Shown: one piece after another, positions 20,060-29,036 of the stretch
Layout: each line of letters starts with the position of its first letter
Numbering within the stretch: the first letter of the stretch is position 1
Assembly (NCBI GenBank): GCA_002254665.1
Contig: NJDP01000001.1
Span: 1 to 45,651, forward strand
Direction of reading: 5' to 3'
DNA length: 45,651 nucleotides
From: Desulfurococcales archaeon ex4484_58
GTDB taxonomy: Archaea; Thermoproteota; Thermoprotei_A; Sulfolobales; Desulfurococcaceae
Made by a program: the position numbers and the translations under genes
The notes under the pieces: model-generated
Told to the model about the DNA's origin: nothing
Databases searched by the model: none
What the model saw: the letters and a program-made list of their open reading frames with translations, nothing else

Positions 20060-20755
20060 CTACTCTAATGCATATTCTAATGCTTTAACAGCGTGAATCC
20101 TAGCAGTATCATATAATTTAATATCATCAACTCTACCACTAAGTATTAATGGAAGCTCAGTACATGCAAGAGCAACTCCCTGAGCACCACGAGCCTCTAG
20201 ATCCTTGATTATCTCTACAAGTTTCTCTCTAGACTCCTCACGTATAATACCCTTTACTAATTCCTCGTAGATAATCTTATTAACGATCTCAACTCCATCT
20301 GGATCGGTATGATCACTTCTATTCCGTGCGTCTCCAACCCCCTACTATAGAAGCCTTTTTGTAACGTATACTTTGTCCCTAAGAGGCCAACTCGATAAAC
20401 CCGGATCCTCTAATAATTTTTCAGCTAGAGAATCAATAATACTGATCAATGGAATAGGGGATTCCTTAACCAAACGATCAAAATACATATGTGGAGTATT
20501 AGCAGAGATCAATGCAAAATCAGCACCAGCACTAGCCAATCTCTTAATAGCATCAAGTAAAATACCATAAGCCTTATCATCAAAACCCTTATCCACAGCT
20601 ACTGTAAACTCCTCAAAATTAACACTATAAATAATAATCTCCGGATAATGCTCATTTCTAAACCTCTTCCTATACTCTTCAACAATAGTCTTATAATATA
20701 GAATAGTAGACTCCGGACTCAAACCACCAACAATACCAATACGTTTCAAAAACAC
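20060..20755 (-). pseudogene. aspartate/glutamate racemase-family gene with two frameshifts
   Basis: N-terminal 120 aa are racemase-like (GIVGGLSPEST..., ISANTPH). The RVGLLGTKYT segment is in the +1 frame. The C-terminal ...ALACTELPLIL... returns to the first frame. Confidence 0.8.
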
Positions 20756-21219
20756 ACCCGTATATTAAAATATTTTATGAGGAAAACCAAAATATCTTTT
20801 CATAGGTTCTAATATCGAATACTAGTTAAGAACCCTAATAATAAGTGATCAGTTAAAACAAGCGTCCCGCGAAAGGATAGACAGATATCTACATGGGGTT
20901 CGCCATAGAAATGCTATTTCCTTCAGAGATAAATCAGCTTCCCTACTAAGTTACGAACGGAATAGTATGAAGAAAAATTTTAAACATATACCGAGTAGTG
21001 CTTAAAAGGCTAGAGGAACCAAGAATGGGATCTCTATAGCCTTAATATCTTTCCATAATGAATATCCCAAAGTAGGTCTATGAGTAGAAACACAAAAGCC
21101 ATTATCATTCATTGAGGAAACTACTAAATATATAAATGATGAGAAAACTCATTATATGTTGAAACAGTCTTGTATTTTGGAGAGGTTAAGAATTAAGCAT
21201 AATTTATATTTCTCCGCTA

Positions 21220-21721
21220 TTGTTGTATAATTGTATGGGAATAAGAGTGATTAAGTCCTATGTTCTTAGGAAGATAGTGTTCCCGTTGACGTATTTTGTA
21301 ATTTGTTTAGTATCACTAATATATATGAACACCTTATATGTAGATACCATTATAAGTTTATGTGTTAATGTTATAGGAATCATTATCTTTATTTTATCAG
21401 CTATTGGCATGGCTAAGATTCATTCAACGTATCCTAAAAGACATGATACCTTCTGATTTTCCTAGACTTCTACGTGAAGGAGCTTATTCTGTTATTAGGC
21501 ATCCGTTTTATGCACTCACTATAGTTAATCAAATTAGTATCAGTATCCTATTATTAAGTACCGAGGGACTACTTGCTTCGATACTGTGTATTCCGTTATG
21601 GATTATATTAATAGTGCTTGAAGAAAAAGAGCTAATTGAGTATTGGGGAAAAGAGTATTTAAATTATAAAAAACGAAGTTCCAGCTTTAATACCCTTACC
21701 TCGGAGAAAGAGAAAACGTAG
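21220..21721 (+). pseudogene. ICMT/phospholipid-methyltransferase-family membrane protein split by one frameshift near 21380-21404
   Basis: Two overlapping ORFs in different frames. The second carries the family motif EGAYSVIRHPFY plus EE..L...G..Y..Y. Confidence 0.6.
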
Positions 21722-22464
21722 GTAGTGTCTACGTATTCTATAAGGTAGGTTTTAGTTGGAATGTATCTTTTGTTTTTCACTACTATCAACAGTAATTAAC
21801 GTTGGGACTAGTGAAAAAGGCAGGCGTTCTTATCCTTGCTTCTCCTAATTAATCTATGATCAAGCTCGTGCCGGTATCTGTCCACTAATTCTCTGGAAAT
21901 TGTTCAGCTACTATGTAGCCAGGTTATCGCTACATCTAACTGGTCTACAACATACGTAAGACGTTAGAGGTGCAAGCTGGAGTTAAAAATGGGTTTTAGA
22001 TAATTGATAAAGAACTCACGAGATTCTTAATACTCTAATATAAATATAATTCATTAAGGTGTTGCGATAGAACATTATCTTAATACACTTATCTCAAATA
22101 TGCTATTATATCGAGAAATCGCGTCTAGAAACAATTAGCAAAGTAGCGGAGTTGATAGCATTTTATAGAAACCATATTAATAGCTCTCCCTAATATGCTC
22201 TTGATTCTCACGAAGAATTCGTAATCATTTGAAGACTTCTTCTTAACTTGCTTTAATAACTTCTTTTTAATTCTATACACCGACTCAATGTTTCTCGGGA
22301 TCCTTGAACATCATTATTACTCGCCTCAATTGCACCTCAGCAGAAAAAGAAGTAATGTAGGTATTTAAGGGAATATGATATTAGATTTACAGTTTTCCGC
22401 CTATATATATTTAGGATAGATAAGATCATGGTGGTTTATGATCCAACATGTTCACCATCGATTA

Positions 22465-22522
22465 TCAGATGAGACAGGTTTCTTCATCCCCTAATTGGAG
22501 GTCGTGCCCGTGGATTCATCAT
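22465..22522 (-). ncRNA. C/D-box sRNA candidate s1
   Basis: Minus strand: C AUGAUGA (22522-22516), C' AUGAAGA (22487-22481), exactly 12 nt, D CUGA (22468-22465). The D guide AACCUGUCUCAU is complementary to the conserved LSU rRNA sequence GUGAGACAGGUU (from memory). The D' box is unclear. Confidence 0.55.
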
Positions 22523-22674
22523 TCCTCAATATATTTTATTATTTCGTGGAAAGTATTTCTTTTGCAGTATGGACAGTAATGGTATAGTTCTTGGTATTCC
22601 TTATCTAATGGAAAACTTCCATAGAATTTCCATTCACGTTTACAGTTTTTACATCGTAGTATCCAGTAAGTCAA
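22519..22674 (-). CDS. 51-aa zinc-ribbon mini-protein (below the ORF-track cutoff)
   Basis: TTG start 3 nt after the ASCH gene stop. Translation: (M)TYWILRCKNCKREWKFYGSFPLDKEYQELYHYCPYCKRNTFHEIIKYIEE, with two CxxC pairs. Confidence 0.4.
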   Translation of the reverse strand: MTYWILRCKNCKREWKFYGSFPLDKEYQELYHYCPYCKRNTFHEIIKYIEE

Positions 22675-22677
22675 TAT

Positions 22678-23271
22678 TCAATCATCCTCTTTCTTTAAAT
22701 AGCCTTTCTCGATCAATAGTGTAAGTGCTTTTTTAAGTATTCTTCTAACAACAAATCTCTTATTAAGACTACCGTATAATCGTAGCGTTGTTGCACGTAT
22801 ACTATTAGTTCTTGTTAGATCTAGTAAGATCTTTTTCTCCATATCATTTAATTCATCACTTAAATATCTAAGAGCTATACGTGCTATATCAACAGGGGAT
22901 AAACCCATGTAAGGATCGTGGCTGCTCAAATGATCCATTCTCTGCACAACCCTAAACTCTATGATCGTGACCCAAGATTCTTCATTAATGTCCTTATAGA
23001 CTTTCTTTAATTCCTCAATCAATTCTTCACGCGAACTAAAACCATCTTTCAACGCATCTTCATTACTTAGATCACGGACTCTCCTATGATAAACTCTCTC
23101 GATAAAAATCTTCGCTATTGGTCGTCCACCCCCATGAATTATCATTTCACGGTATTTAGGTTTAACGATACCCTTCCTAATAGTAGCTTTCTTCCTACCC
23201 TCCAATATATCCGATACATACTTACCTTTAACCATTAAGTGCCTACCAAGAAATCGGGGTTTCTCTTTCAT
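22678..23271 (-). CDS. ASCH (PUA-like) domain protein with a C-terminal helical, wHTH-like extension
   Basis: The N-terminal 110 aa resemble the ASCH fold (ILEGRKKATIRKG ... VTIIEFRVV). Confidence 0.6.
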   Translation of the reverse strand: MKEKPRFLGRHLMVKGKYVSDILEGRKKATIRKGIVKPKYREMIIHGGGRPIAKIFIERVYHRRVRDLSNEDALKDGFSSREELIEELKKVYKDINEESWVTIIEFRVVQRMDHLSSHDPYMGLSPVDIARIALRYLSDELNDMEKKILLDLTRTNSIRATTLRLYGSLNKRFVVRRILKKALTLLIEKGYLKKEDD

Positions 23272-23298
23272 ACCCCTATACCCTTCTTTGATAAAAAA

Positions 23299-25137
23299 TC
23301 ATGTTTTATAACTAGGTATTGGTCTCTGACTTAGATACATAGGCATAGTCATAGATATTTTTGGATAACCTTTAACTTCCTCTTCTAACATCTCTATAAA
23401 TTCATCAAGAGACATTATCTTTTGATCATTAGTCCTCCTAAACCTAACATTTAAAGTATTACTTTTAACTTCACGTTCACCAACGACAATAATATATGGG
23501 ATCCACTCACGACCCGCATCACGGATCTTTTTACCTAAGCTTTCATCGCGATCATCTATATCTACACGGAAACCATGTTCAGTTATTTTCTCAGCAATTT
23601 CTTTAGCGTATTCAATATACTGGTTAGTGACGGGTATGATCCTAGCTTGTATAGGAGATAACCAAGTAGGTATATATGGTGTTTTACCTTGTTTCTCCAT
23701 CAACGCAGCTGTATCAAGTACCGTGTAAATATATCTCTCAATACCACCAATAATAGCTGTATGAATTATTACCGGATGATGTTTCTCACCATTCTCATCA
23801 GTATATGTTATATTGAATCTTTCACCATTACCGACATCTATCTGGAAAGTAGCTATTTCTCTCGGTCTCTTCAAATTATCTATAATATGATATTCAACAT
23901 TTAAAACCCAATAATATATACCGGAGGGGATAACACAGATTAATGCTGGATAGTTTTCTCGTTTAACAAACTCGATTAATACATCTCTATACTTATTGAA
24001 GAAATCCTCGGTTACATTATATAGTGCAACATATCTCCTCCCAACCTTCCCGATCTCCTTTAAGATCTTCTCTTGAACTCTCTTCGAAACCTTGATAGCC
24101 TCCCTTAGATCACGTGTTAGAATATGTAGATCCGGCATATAGAACTTACGGAGACGAAAACATAGATTAAGCTCTCCCCTTTGCTCCAACCTATAACTAT
24201 CAGCTACCTCAAACATACCAAAAGGTAAATTCTTATAACTAATAATCCAGTCACGGAGCATGGCGAATTGTTGATGACAAGCAGCATACCTTAACACATA
24301 CCTATTATTATCAACCCTCAACTCATACAATCGATCACCAAATAATAGAGCATGCTCGAAGACGGGTTTCTCCGATAAGTTAAACATATTAGTACCCATT
24401 ACACGATAAACAGGAATACCTAGCTCCCGTACAATCTGCCATGAATACTCTTTAACCGCCTCCATCATAACTATAGCGTGTGGACCATACCTCATATGTC
24501 CATGATCACTCATAGGCTCCCATTCAAAACCGAATTTCCTACAATAATCGTTTACACGATTAACTCCGCCCGGCAACTCTCTACCAAAAACCTCTTTATC
24601 AACAAGTATCTTTAGATCCTCGTATCCTTCGTAATCGAATTCATTGGGTTTAAATAATTCGCCTTTAGGTGTCAATATATAAAATTCTTTCTTCAACTCA
24701 CGTCTAACAATAGTTGTTTCAGATTTAATCGTCTTAGATAACTCGCTTAATGGGTGGCCATAACATTCTAATGTGAATTCTTTATACCAGCCGAAAGGTG
24801 CTCTATAAACATTTAATGAAGTCTTAATACGGAGTTTTTCTTCAAATATCCTCATGATCTCTAAAGCTTTATGTGGTGGAGCTAAATCTTGTGAAAGATG
24901 AGCGTAAGGGTATAGTAGGATCGAGGATGGTTTTACTTGATCGGTAACCTCCAATAATTCATTAACAGCTTTATCAACAACAGCCTCATTATCCTCGGAC
25001 TCAACACTAGTTAATACAACGAGAACATTACTATATTCTCCACTAGCATTATTCTCGCCGATCTCTTCCCTATCCTTTATAGCCGGTTGTACAGCCTTAT
25101 ACCTAAACCTCCTAGCATGTATAAGCAATAATCTCAA
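23299..25137 (-). CDS. thrS: threonyl-tRNA synthetase, full length with the archaeal N-terminal editing domain
   Basis: Class II core plus anticodon-binding domain. The N-terminus (M)RLLLIHARRFRYKA... resembles the archaeal DTD-like editing domain. The ORF is open to 25176, but TTG 25137 gives the canonical N-terminus. Confidence 0.9.
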   Translation of the reverse strand: MRLLLIHARRFRYKAVQPAIKDREEIGENNASGEYSNVLVVLTSVESEDNEAVVDKAVNELLEVTDQVKPSSILLYPYAHLSQDLAPPHKALEIMRIFEEKLRIKTSLNVYRAPFGWYKEFTLECYGHPLSELSKTIKSETTIVRRELKKEFYILTPKGELFKPNEFDYEGYEDLKILVDKEVFGRELPGGVNRVNDYCRKFGFEWEPMSDHGHMRYGPHAIVMMEAVKEYSWQIVRELGIPVYRVMGTNMFNLSEKPVFEHALLFGDRLYELRVDNNRYVLRYAACHQQFAMLRDWIISYKNLPFGMFEVADSYRLEQRGELNLCFRLRKFYMPDLHILTRDLREAIKVSKRVQEKILKEIGKVGRRYVALYNVTEDFFNKYRDVLIEFVKRENYPALICVIPSGIYYWVLNVEYHIIDNLKRPREIATFQIDVGNGERFNITYTDENGEKHHPVIIHTAIIGGIERYIYTVLDTAALMEKQGKTPYIPTWLSPIQARIIPVTNQYIEYAKEIAEKITEHGFRVDIDDRDESLGKKIRDAGREWIPYIIVVGEREVKSNTLNVRFRRTNDQKIMSLDEFIEMLEEEVKGYPKISMTMPMYLSQRPIPSYKT

Positions 25138-25179
25138 AACCCTACACCCATCTATAGTTTCTAAACATGAATGCAAACC

Positions 25180-25614
25180 CTAAATAACTGATTCTTGACC
25201 AAACCCTTTCTTCTCTAGTTTCCCAGAACTCTTCATTTGCTGTAACTGTGAAATACCCGGCACTGGTGGAGGGATGCCGAGAGATCTACTGATCAATATA
25301 CTGTCTGCAATAGCGTTAGTGAATATAGCTTGTATTATTGGTGGAGGGATCTTCTTCTCTTTAACATCTTTATCTAGCTTCTTCAATTCATTCTCATTCT
25401 TAGCAATAACTAATGCATTACCCCTCAACACTATCTGTACAATTGGAGGTAGCGATGAAACAGTGAATGTAAAGGGTAATATGTATTGATTGCCTTTACG
25501 GATAGGTTCACCGGATGGGAGCGTTAAATTAACATTGAACTCTACCTTAGGCGGTAGAGTAGTAGCTAGTTTCTCGGCATTAATACTTGTTAACTGAACA
25601 GATATTGTATACAA
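25180..25614 (-). CDS. hypothetical protein, 144 aa
   Basis: Long ORF directly upstream of thrS on the same strand. No family recognised. Confidence 0.5.
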   Translation of the reverse strand: MYTISVQLTSINAEKLATTLPPKVEFNVNLTLPSGEPIRKGNQYILPFTFTVSSLPPIVQIVLRGNALVIAKNENELKKLDKDVKEKKIPPPIIQAIFTNAIADSILISRSLGIPPPVPGISQLQQMKSSGKLEKKGFGQESVI

Positions 25615-25765
25615 TCGTCATCCACCTTATAAACATATACTATGATATAATAGACAATATAGTTGTTAAATAACCTATCCATCTAAGCATCCCTTGGGTG
25701 TGGTTTAGTGAAAGTATTAAAGGGCAAATATAGAAAACCCTTAAATAGAAGGAGGTGTATGGTTT

Positions 25766-26728
25766 TTGACTGAGAAAAAAGACAAGATCCTAAAGTTAAG
25801 GGATATACCTGGAGTAACACCCACAATAGCTGAGAAACTAGAAGCAGCTGGATACATAACTCCATGGGCTATAGTAGTTAGTCGCGTAGAAGAACTAGCT
25901 GAAAAAGCAGGTATACCGCAGACCACAGCTGAGAGGATAATACAGAATGCTAGGAAGATCCTTGGTGTAACATTTAAGACCGCTAAACAAGTTAAAATGG
26001 AGAGATTAAGTATTAGGAAGATCACAACTGGTAGTAAGAATTTAGATGATCTATTGGGCGGAGGGATCGAAACAAAAACTATAACAGAGTTCTATGGAGA
26101 ATACGGTACAGGCAAAACACAGATCTGCCATCAACTAGCAGTTAATGTACAATTACCACCGGAACGGGGAGGATTAGCTGGTAAAACAGTATATATTGAT
26201 ACAGAGGGAACTTTTAGATGGGAGAGAATAGAAGCTATGGCTAGAGCATTAGGACTAGACCCGGATGAAGTAATGGATAATATTTATTACCAGAGAGCAT
26301 ATAATAGTGATCACCAAATATCAATAGTTGATGAACTATTCAAATTTGTACCAGAAAACAATGTTAAACTAGTAATAATAGATTCTGTTACAAGTCATTT
26401 TAGAGCAGAATATCCCGGTAGAGAACATTTAGCTGTTAGACAACAGAGATTAAATGCTCATCTACATCAGCTAGTAAAACTAGCAGAGATATATAACATA
26501 GCAGTTGTAGTAACAAACCAGGTAATGGCTAGACCAGATGTATTCTATGGGGATCCAACACAAGCTGTAGGAGGACATGTATTAGCACATACTCCTGGAG
26601 TTCGAGTTCAATTGAGGAGAGCCAAGGGTAGTAAAAGGATAGCTAGAGTAGTTGATGCACCACATCTACCAGAGGGAGAAGCAGTATTTGTGATAACAGA
26701 TGAAGGAATACGTGATCCAGAAGAATAG
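25766..26728 (+). CDS. radA: DNA repair and recombination protein RadA, no intein
   Basis: N-terminal HhH domain, Walker [10 protein letters not shown], Walker B VKLVIIDS. Confidence 0.93.
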   Translation: MTEKKDKILKLRDIPGVTPTIAEKLEAAGYITPWAIVVSRVEELAEKAGIPQTTAERIIQNARKILGVTFKTAKQVKMERLSIRKITTGSKNLDDLLGGGIETKTITEFYGEYGTGKTQICHQLAVNVQLPPERGGLAGKTVYIDTEGTFRWERIEAMARALGLDPDEVMDNIYYQRAYNSDHQISIVDELFKFVPENNVKLVIIDSVTSHFRAEYPGREHLAVRQQRLNAHLHQLVKLAEIYNIAVVVTNQVMARPDVFYGDPTQAVGGHVLAHTPGVRVQLRRAKGSKRIARVVDAPHLPEGEAVFVITDEGIRDPEE

Positions 26729-26732
26729 AATT

Positions 26733-27536
26733 TTACGAAAATAGCTCGAAAAATGGTGTATCACCTAGTATTAGGAATAAAATAAAACCGATCAGCAATG
26801 GAACCATATATGGTACTCCATAAGTAACCCACACATATTCATCAGGAGATAATAACCCTTCCTCAACCAACTTCCTAAATTCCTCTTGATATTCCCAATA
26901 CTCTTCCTCTTCAACGTCAAATGTTAAACGAGTAATCCTCTTCAATACATTATCTTCAATCTTAAATATTGTTAAAGGATAATAGTATTTAGTACTTAAG
27001 AAATCACGGATAGTCATTGGTCTAGCCATAAACATTAGCGCGATCTTCTTAGATAATGGTATATCCTGGGGTAATTTATCATAATGTTTTATCGATATAA
27101 ATAGTGATTTAAATAACATTATAATGAGAGAAGAAATAGTGGAATACAATATTATTGGAAGAACAGGGGGTAGATGAAAAGGAAATTCTATCTTATAATA
27201 AATGATATCATATACATCTATCAATGGAAACAACAACGCTATCTCAGAAACAACGAATACATCAGCTAACCCGATAAAACCCATGAAATATAACATAGCG
27301 AAAAAACCAGTACTCAACAATATAGATAATACTGTATAACCGATCAATAATTGATATCCAAATCTACCTAGATAGAATGGAATAGATGCTATAAACAATA
27401 TGATGGAGACTATTAGAGACAACCATACATATCTATCCGGGATATCTCTATACTTTATATCATAATATGAAAACCAAGATAAAACAAGAACCGTATACAT
27501 AATTTTAACTACCAATATATAACCATATAAATTCAT
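26733..27536 (-). CDS. A24-family prepilin/preflagellin peptidase (PibD/FlaK-like) with a C-terminal extension
   Basis: Polytopic membrane protein with DIKYRDIPD (first catalytic Asp motif) and GFIGLADV (second). The ORF is open to 27611; a start at Met 27536 or 27500 is more likely. Confidence 0.65.
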   Translation of the reverse strand: MNLYGYILVVKIMYTVLVLSWFSYYDIKYRDIPDRYVWLSLIVSIILFIASIPFYLGRFGYQLLIGYTVLSILLSTGFFAMLYFMGFIGLADVFVVSEIALLFPLIDVYDIIYYKIEFPFHLPPVLPIILYSTISSLIIMLFKSLFISIKHYDKLPQDIPLSKKIALMFMARPMTIRDFLSTKYYYPLTIFKIEDNVLKRITRLTFDVEEEEYWEYQEEFRKLVEEGLLSPDEYVWVTYGVPYMVPLLIGFILFLILGDTPFFELFS

Positions 27537-27546
27537 GGAGATAACC

Positions 27547-27927
27547 ATGAAGAAACACCTATACTTTATCGATGTAAATATAAGGAATAGAGATTTAAAA
27601 ATAATAATCAAGAAACTGAGACCCTATAGAAAGAGACAATTCACTCTATATTTTCTCCGAAATAAAACAACTAACTATGTACTAGTAATACTTGGTCAAA
27701 TAAAGATCGAGTATAGAGAGAGAAGAATAAAAGATTATCTAAGTGGATTAACTTACCCTATACGTGAAGCTATTATTAAGAATTATAGAAGAGAGTTTAT
27801 CTATATATATTGGAATAAAACACATTACAGAATAAAAATTATGGAAAACCCATTAATGATAAAAATCGTTTGTAGTGATCCATTAGATTTACTAGATAAG
27901 GTTGATCAAGCATGGAAAACCATATAA
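27547..27927 (+). CDS. hypothetical basic protein
   Basis: ORF 27535..27927. No family recognised. Confidence 0.4.
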   Translation: MKKHLYFIDVNIRNRDLKIIIKKLRPYRKRQFTLYFLRNKTTNYVLVILGQIKIEYRERRIKDYLSGLTYPIREAIIKNYRREFIYIYWNKTHYRIKIMENPLMIKIVCSDPLDLLDKVDQAWKTI

Positions 27928-28436
27928 AGATCCTCTGGAATCCATGGCGATTTGAATATGTAAAAGACTCGATTAAACAAAAGGGAGCGTGCATATTATG
28001 TGAGTTACCTAAGAAAGGAGATGAGGAATCATATATATTGTATAGAGGAAAACACGCTTACATTGTACTGAACGCTTATCCATACAACACAGGACACTTA
28101 ATGATCGTTCCATACAAACATATTGGTAATCTCGAAGAATTGGGTAGAGAAGAACTTGTAGAGATCATGGATCTAACTGTAAAATCTATCAAGGTATTAA
28201 AGAAAAGCTATAATCCAGACGGTTTTAATATTGGAGTAAATATTGGAAGAGCTGCTGGAGCAGGTATAGCTGATCATGTACATGTACATATTGTTCCGAG
28301 ATGGGTTGGAGATACAAGCTTTATCGTCATATTTTCAGCTACAAAAAACCTTCCTCAAAGCTTAGATGAAACATATAAGTTATTAAAGGATACCTGGAAA
28401 GAGATATTTAGTGATGAAGAAGCCCTCGATCACTGA
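27912..28436 (+). CDS. HIT-family nucleotide hydrolase/transferase
   Basis: Histidine triad HVHVHIVPRW and LNAYPYNTGHLMIVP. Confidence 0.85.
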   Translation: MENHIKILWNPWRFEYVKDSIKQKGACILCELPKKGDEESYILYRGKHAYIVLNAYPYNTGHLMIVPYKHIGNLEELGREELVEIMDLTVKSIKVLKKSYNPDGFNIGVNIGRAAGAGIADHVHVHIVPRWVGDTSFIVIFSATKNLPQSLDETYKLLKDTWKEIFSDEEALDH

Positions 28437-28464
28437 GGAATGATGATGGCAGGGGTTTAACGGA
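28414..28464 (+). ncRNA. C/D-box sRNA candidate s2 (weak)
   Basis: C AUGAAGA (28414-20), 12 nt, D' CUGA (28433-36, containing the HIT stop codon), 3 nt, C' AUGAUGA (28440-46), 14 nt, D CGGA (28461-64). The 14-nt spacer is atypical. Confidence 0.3.
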
Positions 28465-28494
28465 TCATTGTTAAGTAATGGAGGGGTTTTAATA

Positions 28495-28713
28495 ATGATT
28501 AGTAAATCTAATTTTAGAATTATCGAGAAGTATGTCTTTCTTGGAGATATTAGATACAGGATAGCAATAATAGGTACTAACATAATATTTAATGTAAAGG
28601 CTTCAAATGAGGAAGAAGCATTAGAGAAAGCGAGTGAAATAGCTGAGAAGATGGGGTTAAATGATGATACCATAGAGCTTATTAGAGAGAAGTACAAAGA
28701 GAAGTCTAGATAA
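28495..28713 (+). CDS. hypothetical small protein
   Basis: ORF 28468..28713. ATG 28495 follows a GGAGGGG site. Confidence 0.4.
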   Translation: MISKSNFRIIEKYVFLGDIRYRIAIIGTNIIFNVKASNEEEALEKASEIAEKMGLNDDTIELIREKYKEKSR

Positions 28714-28725
28714 ATCTTAGTTTAG

Positions 28726-28781
28726 ATGAAGAAACTTGCCCCCCAGAGACCATATGGGATGAAGAAATTACCGCGAACGGA
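28726..28781 (+). ncRNA. C/D-box sRNA candidate s3 (weak to moderate)
   Basis: C AUGAAGA (28726-32), 11 nt, D' CAGA (28744-47), 11 nt, C' AUGAAGA (28759-65), 12 nt, D CGGA (28778-81). The D guide AAUUACCGCGAA contains 9 nt complementary to the SSU 530-loop CGCGGUAAU (from memory). Confidence 0.35.
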
Positions 28782-29027
28782 TCAGATCCTCTTAGCTCTC
28801 AACTCTTCTTTTTTCTTAAGCAAATCTTCATATTCACTATAGATCTCACGTATATATTTACCAAGGTCCTCGTATGGAACAATCTCTAATAGTCTCTTAA
28901 GAAACTTTGAGGCACATCTACTACTATGAAAACTTAAAACCAGGTCATTATACTTAATGACTATACCCTGTCCTTCAGGGAATTTTCTACCACAAACTAT
29001 ACATCTATATCTAACCCTAATCATCAC
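28782..29027 (-). CDS. L24e-like/TRASH-type zinc-binding small protein (not the ribosomal protein itself)
   Basis: CIVCGRKFPEGQGIVIKYNDLVLSFHSSRCASKF parallels the L24e CxxC...CxxxC fold, with His replacing one Cys. The C-terminus is an acidic coiled coil, not the basic L24e tail. Confidence 0.5.
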   Translation of the reverse strand: MMIRVRYRCIVCGRKFPEGQGIVIKYNDLVLSFHSSRCASKFLKRLLEIVPYEDLGKYIREIYSEYEDLLKKKEELRAKRI

Positions 29028-29036
29028 TCCCCCATC

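Noticed and set aside
17786-20755. Programmed ribosomal frameshifting or sequencing error as an explanation for the split pxp and racemase genes
   Set aside because: There are too many independent lesions (frameshifts in both directions plus in-frame stops) across four genes for recoding. Flanking long genes are clean, which makes systematic sequencing error less likely. Read-level data would still be needed to exclude it.
21130-21175. AAUGAUGAG box-C-like motif in the intergenic region
   Set aside because: It is part of a simple hairpin (ATGAG-AAAA-CTCAT). No D, D' or C' motifs occur at any sensible spacing.
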